A stretch of 64,000 bases of DNA from assembly GCA_001643675.2 (NCBI GenBank), contig LSRY02000059.1:124001-188000 (forward strand), given 5' to 3'. The position numbers and the translations under genes are program-made. The first letter of the stretch is position 1, and each line of letters starts with the position of its first letter. This stretch comes from Monocercomonoides exilis PA203. Taxonomy: Eukaryota; Protista; Preaxostyla. Shown here piece by piece: positions 42,405-54,400 of this stretch. The notes under the pieces are model-generated. The model was given only the letters and a program-made list of their open reading frames with translations. It was not told the DNA's origin and ran no database searches.

Positions 42405-45400
42405 ATTATCCACTTTATTTCATCTTTGAAAGCAAATGTCAGGGGGCAGCTTGCTTTGAAAAATGCAAAAACAAGATTTCTTGTTGAGGCCAAGCTGGAC
42501 GAGCTTTTTGACAAAGTGTGTGTTTTGTTTGTTGATGTGAAGGTTTATGTTTGTTGCTTGGGAAAGCTGGAGGAAATACGCCAATTTGAGGAAGCAACGT
42601 GAATGAACACTGCCGAGGGGCGAGAGTCTCAAACCGTTGGGATGCGACAGATTCTGGCTCACAGCGATGAGAAAGAGCCAATTTAACTGCCTCTTTCATT
42701 TGAGATGAGATGGAATTTGAGTCTTCATCCATTGTGCTTTCTCATCTCCAACAACAACTCGCACATTTTCTGCCCAGTGACAGCGAGGCACAAGCACCAG
42801 CCCACCAGCCAATTCCATCAGTTCCACAGAAGCAGCCACATCCAGCTCTTCCTTCAGCTCGGAATTGTTTGGAAAGCGAATGGGAATGAATCCGGGGAAT
42901 TGAGATTATTTTATTCAATCTCTTCCTCTTTCTCTCAGGAACTGTGACAAAGAGGGCTGCGCTGTGTGGCTGCTGGTATGTGACATTTTTAAGTTCAAAG
43001 AATTGAGTTTATCTGTTTTCAACAATCACTTCATTTTTTGGATTCGAAAAAACACAAAAAAACAAGGCAAACACAAAAGAAGATGAGCATCATGGGGAAG
43101 AGCAGAAAATGGCAAAGGTGAAGTGTCACAAAAACAAAAAAAGGGGATAGAAGCGAACAAACAGAAAAAGATGCACAAATACTGATGCATTTTCTGCAAC
43201 AACAACAACACAAACAAACAAACAAAAAGAAAGAAAAAATTAACAAAAATCATGAATGGTATTTGGAAGGAACAAACTGAGTGTTTCTTTCCAATTCATC
43301 ATTTATTGTCCCGAATTCAACAACACTCATCCACCTTGTTGAAGCGAATCCTGCACGCCGATGAACAAGATATCGGGGAGGAAGGAGGAAAACAGTGTTC
43401 TACGAGATGAAAGTGGCGGAGATGGAGCTGCACGAGGCTGAGCCAGAGGGTTGCTGCTGTCTGTCGGAGCAGCAGGTGTAGTCGACTGCATCGGAGAGGG
43501 TGAGGATGGCAGCGCCAGGCGGGAAGTGCTGGATGAGCAGGCGCTTGAGACTGGTGAGGGTCTGTCTGTCGGCGGGGTTCACCGATAGGCAGGCCTTGAC
43601 AAGCTCAGAGAAGGCAGACGAGCCGATGGGCTGCATGGGCTGCATGGGCGGCCTCTCTCCATTTTTGATTTTTTCTCCAGCGATTTCTGCCTCATACTCC
43701 CCAAACGGGATCTGCAGCGTCAAGCACTCCCACAGCATCATCCCAATCGAGAATGCCACTGACTCCTTTGTTGCACCCATCTTCTTGTTGATCAGCAGCT
43801 CGGGTGCCTTCCACCTCAGACACTTTTTTCTGAAGTTGTCTTCATCCTCAAAGGCTGATGAGGGAAGGGAGTCACCATCATCATTACTGGTTGAAGTCAC
43901 AACTGTTGATGAAGATATGGAAGACGAGTCTGAATCATCATCAGACAACAAGTCAGAATGCATCACGATGCAGATCACCATGTGTTCTGAGAACAGAACA
44001 ATGTGAGGACTCAAACTGGATAATGATTGAAGAGGATTTTCCATTTCATCAAATGAGTGGAGAGCAAGGTTGGCCACCCAGAACAGGATTTGGGCAGCTG
44101 TCTGCTCCCTCTCCTTCAGAATTCCTATTGCCATCTCCTTTGTCTTATTCCTCCCGTGCAACAGCATGAACAGTGAATCCCTCAGATCCACAATCAACTT
44201 CTCATGAGGCGAGGAGCAGGCCATTGCATCCACCAGATTCGACATTGATGAGGTGGTTGGGCAAAGATCCTCCCCTCGAACAAATGTTGAATCTGAGTCA
44301 GTTGAACATGTTGAAGAAATTGATGGTGATGGTGTTCTTTTTCTTGTCTCTTCTTCTTCATCTTTCTCCAATGCCCATTGAGGAATCTTGTCTGAATCTC
44401 TCCCCAGAATGTATTCAGTTGAACCACTCTCACTCAATAAATGCTCTGATGACTCCGAGTGTCCCAAGCTTTTCTCATACGCCCTCTTCTTTATCCTCTC
44501 TTCATTCTTCTTCTCAGCCTCCCTTTCAGCTCTTCGCCACTGATCCTCAGGTGACATCTCCATCGTCACCATCTCAAACGCCTTTGGATCCTTCTTCACT
44601 GTGTCTTCCACAATCACCTCCAATTCTTCTGTCCGTCTCTTTTGTTTCCTCCATCGAACAACAAAAATCACAAGTGCAATAAGAATTATCAATAAAACAA
44701 TAGCCAATATTACAACAACAACTGGCCATATGGACATTTCTTTGTTTCCACCTTCAACAATCCTTTCATCACCATTTCCCTTTGCTTCACTTGCATTCTT
44801 CAGAATGAATGGCTGTGTCAATGAAGGAGCATTTGAATTCCCAAACAAAATTGAAACACTCACTTCTATTTCATTTCCACAATTGCTGATCAAATCTTTT
44901 GCCACACTTCCTTCTGCTTCTCTTTCTGATAAGAATCCATCCTCATCAAAATCATATTGTTCAATCTCTTTCTCTTCTCCTTTCCTCTTCACAACTGAGA
45001 ATGACAGATTGCATGGAACAAGAAGCATTCCTTTGAATGTCAGCTTCATTCTATTTGCCTCTTCTTTTGCTTCCACACTCTCCAACACAGGAATGAAGAA
45101 CGATGAATCTCTCTCAGAAACAATCCCATCAAATGCACATCCATCATTCAACATCCAAAGTGAAGAATTATCCTTCAATCCATCACCTCCTTTCAGACTC
45201 ATCACATTCAGTGATCCTGAATCAGAGCAGATGATGTTTCTTCTCAGTGATGGATAGCCCTCGATGGATGGGTTGTTGCTCATGAACTCGCACTTGGTGA
45301 CAGTCGCACTTCCGTTGCTCAGGGAGAGTGCGCCAGCTGGGCTGTTGGCGAAAGCTGTGTCCTTCACGGCAGCTGAGCCGCGCTGGAGGTGCAGCATCGA

Positions 45401-48400
45401 TCCGTTCCAGCTGCACACCTCGTGAATGGTGTTGTCTGGGGGGAGTCTGTGGGAGGTGTGGCTGAGCCCGTCGAACAGGCAGCAGTCGATTGTTGCGTTT
45501 GCGGAGTCCAGCACACACACAGACATGCCTGTTGGAGAGGGGCTGGAGCAGCCAGCGAAGGTGCAGTTGGCCACGCAGAGGCTGTTGCAGCGGGAGAGGC
45601 ACAGGGCAGCAGCAGCAGCAGCATGAGCAGAGGATGTGTTGAAAGAGTCAGCCTTCATCTGTGTGAAGCGGGAGGAGGCGATGGTGACTTCTGCGCTGTC
45701 GGCAGCAATGGCGCTGCTCTGGCACACAACATCAGCAGCACAGACCTCGTGCAGAACGAGGGATCCGCCAGCAGCTGCAGCGATTGCATGGCAGGCGAGG
45801 TTGGACACAGCCACCTGGCGGAGCGTGCACGCAGCAGACTCCGCTGAGAGGAAGGTGTGGATGCGGGGAGGGGGTGTCTGGGCAGGCGCACCGACATTGC
45901 ATCTGGTGAGGGTGAGTGTGCCTGTGTGGATGTGGAGCAGGGCCGGGTGGGTGATGGGAGGCGAGGGCGGGAGGATGAAGGAGATGCACTCGATGGCCAC
46001 AGCAGAGACAGCCTCGATGAGACAGTCGCGTGTCTGCACCAGCTCGCCCTCGAACAGGATGTCTGCACTCAGCCTGTCGAGCGCACACACACTCAGCTCC
46101 TCCAGCACAGCCTCTCCGTCCACCACGCCCTGGCTGTCGACAGCGAGCATGCGGAAGAGGTCGCCGTACACATGGGCCAATCCGCACCCCACTGTGCGGC
46201 AGGGCAGCTTTGGGGTGCCGCACTGGCGGGAGTCTTCGCCGGGGCTGGGCTGCGCGGAGGCCACGACAATGGTGCTGAGCTGGAGCACGGTGATGAAGTC
46301 CATGAGGTCGATGGGGTCGGGGGCGAGGGAGTCGGCGCCGAAGATGGCGTTGACGGGGTTGTATTTGTCGGGCTGGAGGTCGAAGCGGAACTGGGTGTCG
46401 TTGATCTGGGAGGGGATGTTGCGGCACTGGACGAAGATGTCTCTGCCGCGCCAGGCGGTGTTGGCGTCGAAGGCGCACTTTGCGAAGAGGAAGTCGAGGG
46501 AGCCGAAGAGGTCGGAGGCGAGGCACACGCCGCCGCCTCTGCCGGTGCGGGTGGAGCAGGCACACTGCACGACGCGGCACTGGGACATCCGCATGTGCCC
46601 CTCGCCGCTCAGCCAGCACAGCCACGCCCCGCCCCACTCCGACGCGCCGGCCCTGCACGACTCGAGCACTGTGCTGTTCATCTCGGCCGCAACAGCACTG
46701 CCCGGCTCGGCCGACACGCAGCAGGGCCCGTCGTCTTCCCGTGCGACTGTGTCGAAGGTGGAGTTGGTGCAGACAAAGCGCGCCTCTCCGTTCGTCCTTG
46801 CGGCCGGGCCGCTGGCAAAGCAGAACACACACCCCGAGGCGATCCTCGCGGAGCGCACTGCCGCGCCAGCCACGAGGCATCCGCAGCTCCCTTCCAGCCG
46901 GAACACGGGCGGCACCACACACACATCGCTCACCTCGAGGTTGTCGGCTGTGGCAGTGCCGCCCCGGCACACCACAAAGGAATAGTCGCCTGGCTGGTGG
47001 GAGGTGGCGTTGGAGCAGAAGGCGCAGCGGGTGAGCACGAGGTCTCCGCCCTCGCTCAGGATCACCGCCTGCAGCGCGTTCGCGAAGGAGGCAGAGGTGC
47101 AGATGGCGATGGAGTCGAGGCGGAGCTGCCTGGTGTTTGTGAACAGCGGGGCAGCGCGGGTGTCTGTGGTGCTGCGGGCGTTGAGCGCAGGGCGAGGGCT
47201 GCCCTCAGACAGGGCAGGGGCAGACTGGACGGTGAAGGAGGACAGGTCGAAGGGGTCCTGCACGAGCGTGTGGCCGTCGATGAAGATGGTCTTGTGTGCT
47301 GCTGCGCTGTCCACCTGCTGCATCCCTTTCCAGAAGCTCTCACAGGGATCGGCTTCGCTCCCGCACCTCTTCACGTCGGATCCAGCAGCCGACAGATAGA
47401 TGGCGTCGGCGTGATACGGCAGGAGGAAGCGGAAGAGATCAGTGGCGGGGTGGGCTGTGTCGCTGCCGACAAACGCGTTTGGGTCGCTGGCGAAGGGGGA
47501 GCAGTCGAAGGCGAAGGCGGAGTTGGTCACGGTGGCATTGAGGTCGAGGCTGGCAACGAAGACATGCCTCCCGACTGGCGCTGCGTTCTGCGTGAATGAT
47601 GTTGCCAGGCCAAGCACAAAGGGGTTGGGTGTGTGTGAGGAGGTGCAGTCGAGGAAGAGGGCGCCACCTCTTCCGCTGTGTGGGGAGCAGGAGCAGAGGG
47701 CGAAGGAGGTGTTGGCAGTGGCGAGTGTGTGCTCTGCAGCGAGAACCGCCTTGAGTGCGCCTCCGTCTGCAGAGGCCGGGGCAGATATGCTGGCGAAGGA
47801 GGAGTGGGCGATGGTGGAGGTGCACATGAGCAGGAGCGGAGCGTCGGGAAAGGCGAGAGACTGGACAACACACCGGGCGAGGTGCACAGACTGGCCGGCT
47901 GCACTGAGGAGCAGATAGCTGAGGGAGCGAGCAGAGGCAGAAGAGAATGTGATGTTGGTGAGGAAGAGCTCGCCATGAGGCGCAGAGGAGGAGAGGAAGA
48001 CAGATTGGCCAGAGGAGAAGGCAGAGGGAAGGTCGAAGAGGATGCGGAGGAAGGCAGTCTTTGCAGCTGTGGCGAGGACAGCGGAGGCAGGAGAGGCAGC
48101 GGAAGAAGAGACGGCTGAGCGGACAGAGATGGTGCAGGATGAGGCGTCGTCGGACGACTGCACCAGGAAGCCTGAGACATCCAGGGCATCCTGAACAAAG
48201 GTGGAGTTAGCGACGAGCATTGTCCTGCTGGGCAGGGATGCATCGGCATTTGCGTGGCCTCTCCAGAACGAAAAGCAAGGGTGCTGGCGTGTCCCGCATC
48301 CGAGCACATCGTATCCCTGGTCAGACACAACGACTTCGCCAGCCTTCCGCACCCTCAGAAACAGCTGCAGCTCCACCGGCACATCGCCAAACCTGTGTGT

Positions 48401-51400
48401 GTCTGTGCCTTCCATCTCTGCCTCTCCCTCTGCTCCGTCTCCAGCAAGAGACACAAACCGCGCAGCCTTCACGCTCTCGTTCAGGTCTGTGCACATCAGG
48501 AACACATCTCTCCCGTGCAGGGCTGCATTGGCTGAGAAGGTCAGGTCAGCCAGCTGGAAGTTGTTGTTGTTGTTGTTGGACTGGGCAAGCAGGTGCAAGA
48601 AGATGCCACCACCTCTGCCACTCAAGGCAGGGACGCTGCACGCCTTGATGGAGGAGTTGTGGATGCCCAATTCTCCCTCGCCATCCATCTGGCACCACAC
48701 ACACCCGCCATCCCCCGCTGCCGAGCTGCACTGCTCGAACTCGCATCCGTCTGCAATCTCCACCTTGGCAGAGCAGCTGGCCTTGAGGAAGTGCCCGTCT
48801 GTGCTTGGGGTTGTGTGCACCCTCAGCCCCTTCAGAGACAGCGCTGCACCCGCACCTCCAGCAACCAGCCCTCCTCCGCTGCCTGAGACAGACGTGATGT
48901 TGCACCCCTCCATGATGAGACTCCCGCTGCCCATGTGTGCAATCCGGCTTCCTCCCGCAAAGGCGAGGTGGGAGAAGGCAACGGAGTCGAAGAGGATGGT
49001 GCCTCCCTCGCCTGACGCCACAGCCATGGGTGTGGATGCCTCTGCTCCGTCTTCTGCTCCGTCCTGCGTGCCGAACAGACAGTCGACCACGGAAAAGCGG
49101 CCAGTGGCAGCAGTGATGAGGGGAGGCACAGACAGGCCAGATTGGAGAGGGGAGCAGGGAAGAAGGAGCACGAGCTGGGAAAGGGTGAAGGAGGTTGCAG
49201 CTGTTCCCGCGGTGAGGGAAAAGCACCCGCCTGGCTGGATGGTGAGGCGGGAGCGTGTGCCGCGCTCTCCTTCGATGGTGAGCGAGAGTGTGTCGCGGCC
49301 GATGCTGCTGGCGAGGGTGTTTGCGTTGGTGAGGTGGACGATGGTTCTGTTGCCGCTCAGCGCAGCCACACCCACGGGGATGGTGGCGCAGGGATACACC
49401 TTGCTGCCGCACTGCGGGAAGGGGTCTGAGCCGCTCTGCACATACACGATCTCGTCGGAGGGGGGGAAGAGATAGAAGAGGATGGACACGTTGGCGCCCT
49501 GGGGTGCAGAGTCGTCGTGGACCCACTTGGTGGTGGCGGGGTCTGTGTCGGCAGCAGAGCCTTCCCAGTAGATGGCGTGGAGGGCAGCGTGCGGGGCGGG
49601 GCACACGAGATACACGTCTTTGCCGAGCCAGGCGTCGTTGGCTGCAAAGGCGATGCCCTTCATGGAGTACCGCACATCGGCCACCGCAAAGCGCAGGAAC
49701 AGCCCTCCTCCGCACCCTGCCAGCCCGTCGACTGTGCACTCGCTTGCAGTGCTCTTCTCGAACACCCACTCTCCGCCTTTCTTCACCTCGGCCACAACCC
49801 CGCCGCCGCGCGTGCTGCCGCTCTCGATGCAGCTGCACCTCTCCATGGTGCAGTTGGCGAAGCTGAACTTCCTTCCCCCGCTCACAGCCCCGGCCACCAG
49901 CCCTCCGCTTCCACGCAGCCTGGTGATGTTGGCGAAGGAGGTGTTCTTCAGCGCCAAGGTGGTGGTGAGCGGGGAGCAGATGACCTCGCTCGAGTCCATG
50001 GTGGCATCGGCGATGGTCGAGTTCTCCACACGCAGAGAGGAACCGGATGCTGCGCGGATCAGCCCGTTGGGCGCGTTTGTGGTGGTGCTGCGCAGGTGCA
50101 GCTCGACGAACGAGCCAGCAGCTTCACTGCCTTGGAGGAGGAATGCGGGGGATGCAGCAAAGGCTGTGCTGTGCATGGCGAACTGGCAGAGGAGCACTGT
50201 GCCGCTGGAGGCGACAGCGAAGGAGTACTGGAGGGGAGTGGACGGGGCAGCTGTGGTGCATGCGGTGAAGGTGAGTGTGGCTGCGCTGCACCAGAACAGG
50301 GCTGCTCGGGGGCGGGGCGCAAAGGAGGAAGGCAGGCCAAAGCACATCCCCGAGAGGCCGACTTCGATCCCTGTTTCGACCAAGGCCTCGCCCTCTCCTT
50401 CGCCATCAGCCCTGATGTCGATCTGTGTGCCCGCAGCAGCAGAGTCGATGGCGAGTGGCTGCGAGCAGAGGCAGAGGGTGTCTCTGAAGGAGAAAGGGGG
50501 CTGGAGGCGGAGGGCAGCGAGGGACTGGCCAAAGCGGGAGGAGGCAGCATACGGGATGGTCTGGCAGGGATAGTCGGGATATCCGCAGAGGGATGCATCC
50601 ACGCCATCCTCGCCCCCCACAACGCAGGGCTGAGCGAAGGAGCGCAGCAGGAGCACCAGCGGGAGCACAAGGGATGCACTTGCCCTGTCGATGCCGCTCA
50701 GCTCGTCCAGGTCTGGCGCCTCATCCACGCCGATCGCGAAGGTGAAGTTCATGGTGGTGCGGGTGACGAGCTGGGAGAGAGAGTCGGCACAGACAAACAG
50801 GTTCTTGCCCTTCCACGCACTGCACTGGTCGAACGATGTGTTGCTCAGCTGGAAGCCAGATGCTGCTCCAGCGCAGTCGAGGAACACGCCTCCGCCCAGT
50901 CCCTTCGCGAGTGCGCCCTCGCTGGGAACACTGCACAGGGTGAAGGAGGTGTTGCTGATCTCGACTGTTGCTCCGCCAGCAGCGCTGCACAGCAGCCCTC
51001 CACCCGCTCCATCGCTTGCAGCTGCACTGCACCCACACACGGTGCTGTTGGCGATGCAGAGCCTTGCTGACGGCCCTTGGCACTCCGCAGCACCCCAGGA
51101 TCCGTTGCCTTGGGAGTGAGACACACCCGCCACCGAGCAGCCTGCCAGGCTCACAGATCCCAACGAGTGGATCACAACCAGGGGTGGCAAGCACGAGACA
51201 GCGGTTGCAGACGAGTCTGTGCCGATGGCCAGCTGGCTCGCACTGAAGGACCCTTCCTCGACGAGGATGAGCGAATAGGCCAGCATGCTCCCCTCTCTCA
51301 GCTCGAACGAGCAGGCGGAGATGCACAGCGCATGGGATGAGGAGCAGAAGAAGGCTCTTGACTGGGGCAGGGCAGCAGGGATGCAGAGGGCGAGGGAGTG

Positions 51401-54400
51401 GAGGGTGAGGGTGATGGACGAGGCAAGGAAGGCGTTTTGCTCTACTGGGGCGAGATCAAACACAGAGAGCCGGGAAGCCTGGGCTGCTCCTTGCATGGTG
51501 AGAGATGGCAGCGGCTGTGAGGTGGCAGGGGCAGCAGCTGGGAGGAGGTTGAGTGCCTTGGTGATTGTGGAGCCTGGGGCGATGGTGATTGTGGAAGGGC
51601 GCTGGGGGAGGGGCGCGAACCGGGTGGAGACGATGTGGTCGACAGTCCTGCACGGCGCCTCGCTGAACCCGCACCGGCTGAAGTCGCCTCCGCCAGCCCC
51701 GTCCACAAAGCCGTCGGCTGTGAAGTTGGTCCAGAGATACACCACCAGCGGGATGCAGAACGAGCTGTCTGTGGTGCACCTCTCGAACCCAGCCAGCTTG
51801 GCCAGATCTGCCTCCTCCCTGTGTGCGCCGAGCGAGTGCTCGTTGATCAGCGCCAGCAGGTCGTATCCACTGACAAACAGGCTGGACCCTTTCTCGGCGG
51901 TGCAGCTGGCGAACACCACATCCCCCACCGCAAAGTCGGTTGCACCCTCCTCTGCATCCACATACACCCCTCCTCCACACCCGCGCTCCCCCTCTGCGCT
52001 CTTCAATGCTGAACACGTGTCAAACCCTGCAACTCTGCCATCACCATCACCAGCATCAGCATCAGTCGAGCCTTCCACAAAGAAGTGGCTTCCAGACTTC
52101 ATCTCGACCCACATCCCTCCGCCATTTGCGCCTCTGCTGCAGCACTCGCTCAGAGTGCACCCAGCAACAGCCAGGCTCGATCCGTCTGCCAGTGTGCACT
52201 CGATGCATCCGCCATTCCGGCTGGCTCTGTCGAAGTTGGCGAAGGTGCTGTTTTGGAGGAGTATTGCCTTTGCAGAGGCAGAGCTGAGCAGTGGGCATGC
52301 GAGGGGTGCTGTGGGCGAGGACTCTGTGGAGTTCCACACCCTCAAGGAGCCGCCATTTGCAACCTCGAACAGCCCACGCTCGGCAGTTGTACTGACAAAC
52401 TCGACGCTCAGCTTGCCAATGTCGCCCTCTGCCCCAGCACCTGCAACCGATATCAGTGGCTGGCCAGCCAGCACCATTGCTGAGCACACAAGGTTTGTGG
52501 CTTCGATCTTCCCGTCTGTCACAGCAAGAGGCACAAACGCCACCGAGTGAACCCCACCAGCTGTTTTGACTCCGCACGAAGTCAGTGTCAGTGTGGCACC
52601 CTTGCAGCACAGGAGGTGTGTTGTGGACTGCGAAAGGGTCTGTGGCAGAACGAAGACCACGTTGATGAGCTGTGCAGAGTGTGTGGTTGTGATGAGTGCA
52701 GGATGGGAAGGGGGTGCAGAGGGTGCAACACCAACCTCGTCTCCTTTTTCCTCGCACTGGATGCTCCACTCGTTGCCGCCCAGCTCGATCTCCTCTCTCC
52801 ACACAAACCCCGTGTGCAGGACGATGCTTCTTTTGCTGCCAGAAAACCACAGGCCAGCTGCCTTTCCGATGGACACACAGGGGTGCTCGGCAAACCCGCA
52901 GGCGCTGAAGTCTCTCCCCTTGGCTCCGCCAACAAACGCTGGGGGTGAAAACACCTTCAGAAAGGGTGCCAGCGGGAGTGGGTCTTCTCGATGCCCGTCT
53001 TCGAATCCCATCAGATCCTCGTCGCTCATCCCGCTCCTGCTGAAGCCCATCGAGGAGGTGCTCACAACCACCCGCAGCACAGGCGCCTCCACAAACACGT
53101 TGTTCCCCTTCCATGCTGCACACCCCGAGAAGCCCATCTCCTTCAGCACCATCGCACATCCTCCATCTTCAGCCGAAACAAACACCCCACCTCCCTTCCC
53201 CTTTGCCTCCTGCCCGCTCGGAGCAGTGCAGCCCTCAAACGACACTGCTGACACAGCCCCCATCTGCAATCTGCCTCCACTCCTCAGCCTCGCCCAAACA
53301 CCCCCGCCATCCCCCTTCGAGCATGCGCACCCACTCAGCGACACATTGTTCATCTCCACAGCCCCGCCATCCTCGATGTCGCACTCTGCTCCTGCACCGC
53401 TCCCCACCCCCCGTTGCACCGCTGATATTGTGCTGTTGGTGAGTGCCAGCTCGGCTGTGACTGCTGCGCGGATGAGAGGCGCCTCCGAGAGTGTGATTGT
53501 GTTTATCTCGCAGTTCTCGACAGCCAATGCCCCTCCATCCATGGTGATGAGGGGTGCTCCAAACACATTGTTCTGTGCTGTGTCTGCGGTGATGAGGCAG
53601 TTTTTGATCCATGCAGCTGCTGTGCTCGAGACAGAAAACAGGGGGTGGGAGGCAGGCTGTGCTGATGGAGAGCCGTGGACAACAGTGAAGGAGTCAAATG
53701 TCAGCTGTCCGCTGGTGAGGGAGACGAAAGAGCGAGTGGTGGCTTTAGGCAGGATGGTTGTGGAGCTCTTGTGGCCAGCAACTTGCAGCACCAGCGAGTC
53801 GACAGCTGCCTCTGCCTCGGGATAAGTGCCAGGAGCAAAAGTGATGGAGACCGGGTGGGCAGACCTGTTGATGAGGGTGAGCGAGAAGCCGAGGGTGCTG
53901 CAGGGAAAGGGTGTGATGCCGCAGAGCGGGGTGTCTGAGCCGTTGTGCTTGCTGACAAATGCCTGGGAGAGGAGCCTGTTCATCAGGTGGCTGCGGTCGC
54001 TGCCAGCCACAAACAATCTGTTTGGCGCTGTGGTTGATGTTCGACACTCCACAATGTTGCTTTCCACAAGGGTCGTGCTCCACTCCTGTGATGCATAGAT
54101 GTCAGCCCCAGTGCTGCTGGCCTGGTTCCCATCAAAGAAGCAGAAGGAGAGCTTTGTGAAAAGATAACTATGTTCTCGAGTTGAGAAACTCATTGCACCA
54201 CCAACACTGTTTTCCGATGAGCACGATCTGAACATGCACTCTGAAAATGTCATGCCAAACGTGTGTGAACACCAAACACCTCCTCCAGTTTCATTGTTAT
54301 CTGGTGTAATTACTTTGCCTGACGTTATGATGTTGTTCGAAAATGAACTTCCATTTTTAATTTCTGTTGCTTCAACTGTTCCTCCTGCCCAATGTGCTGC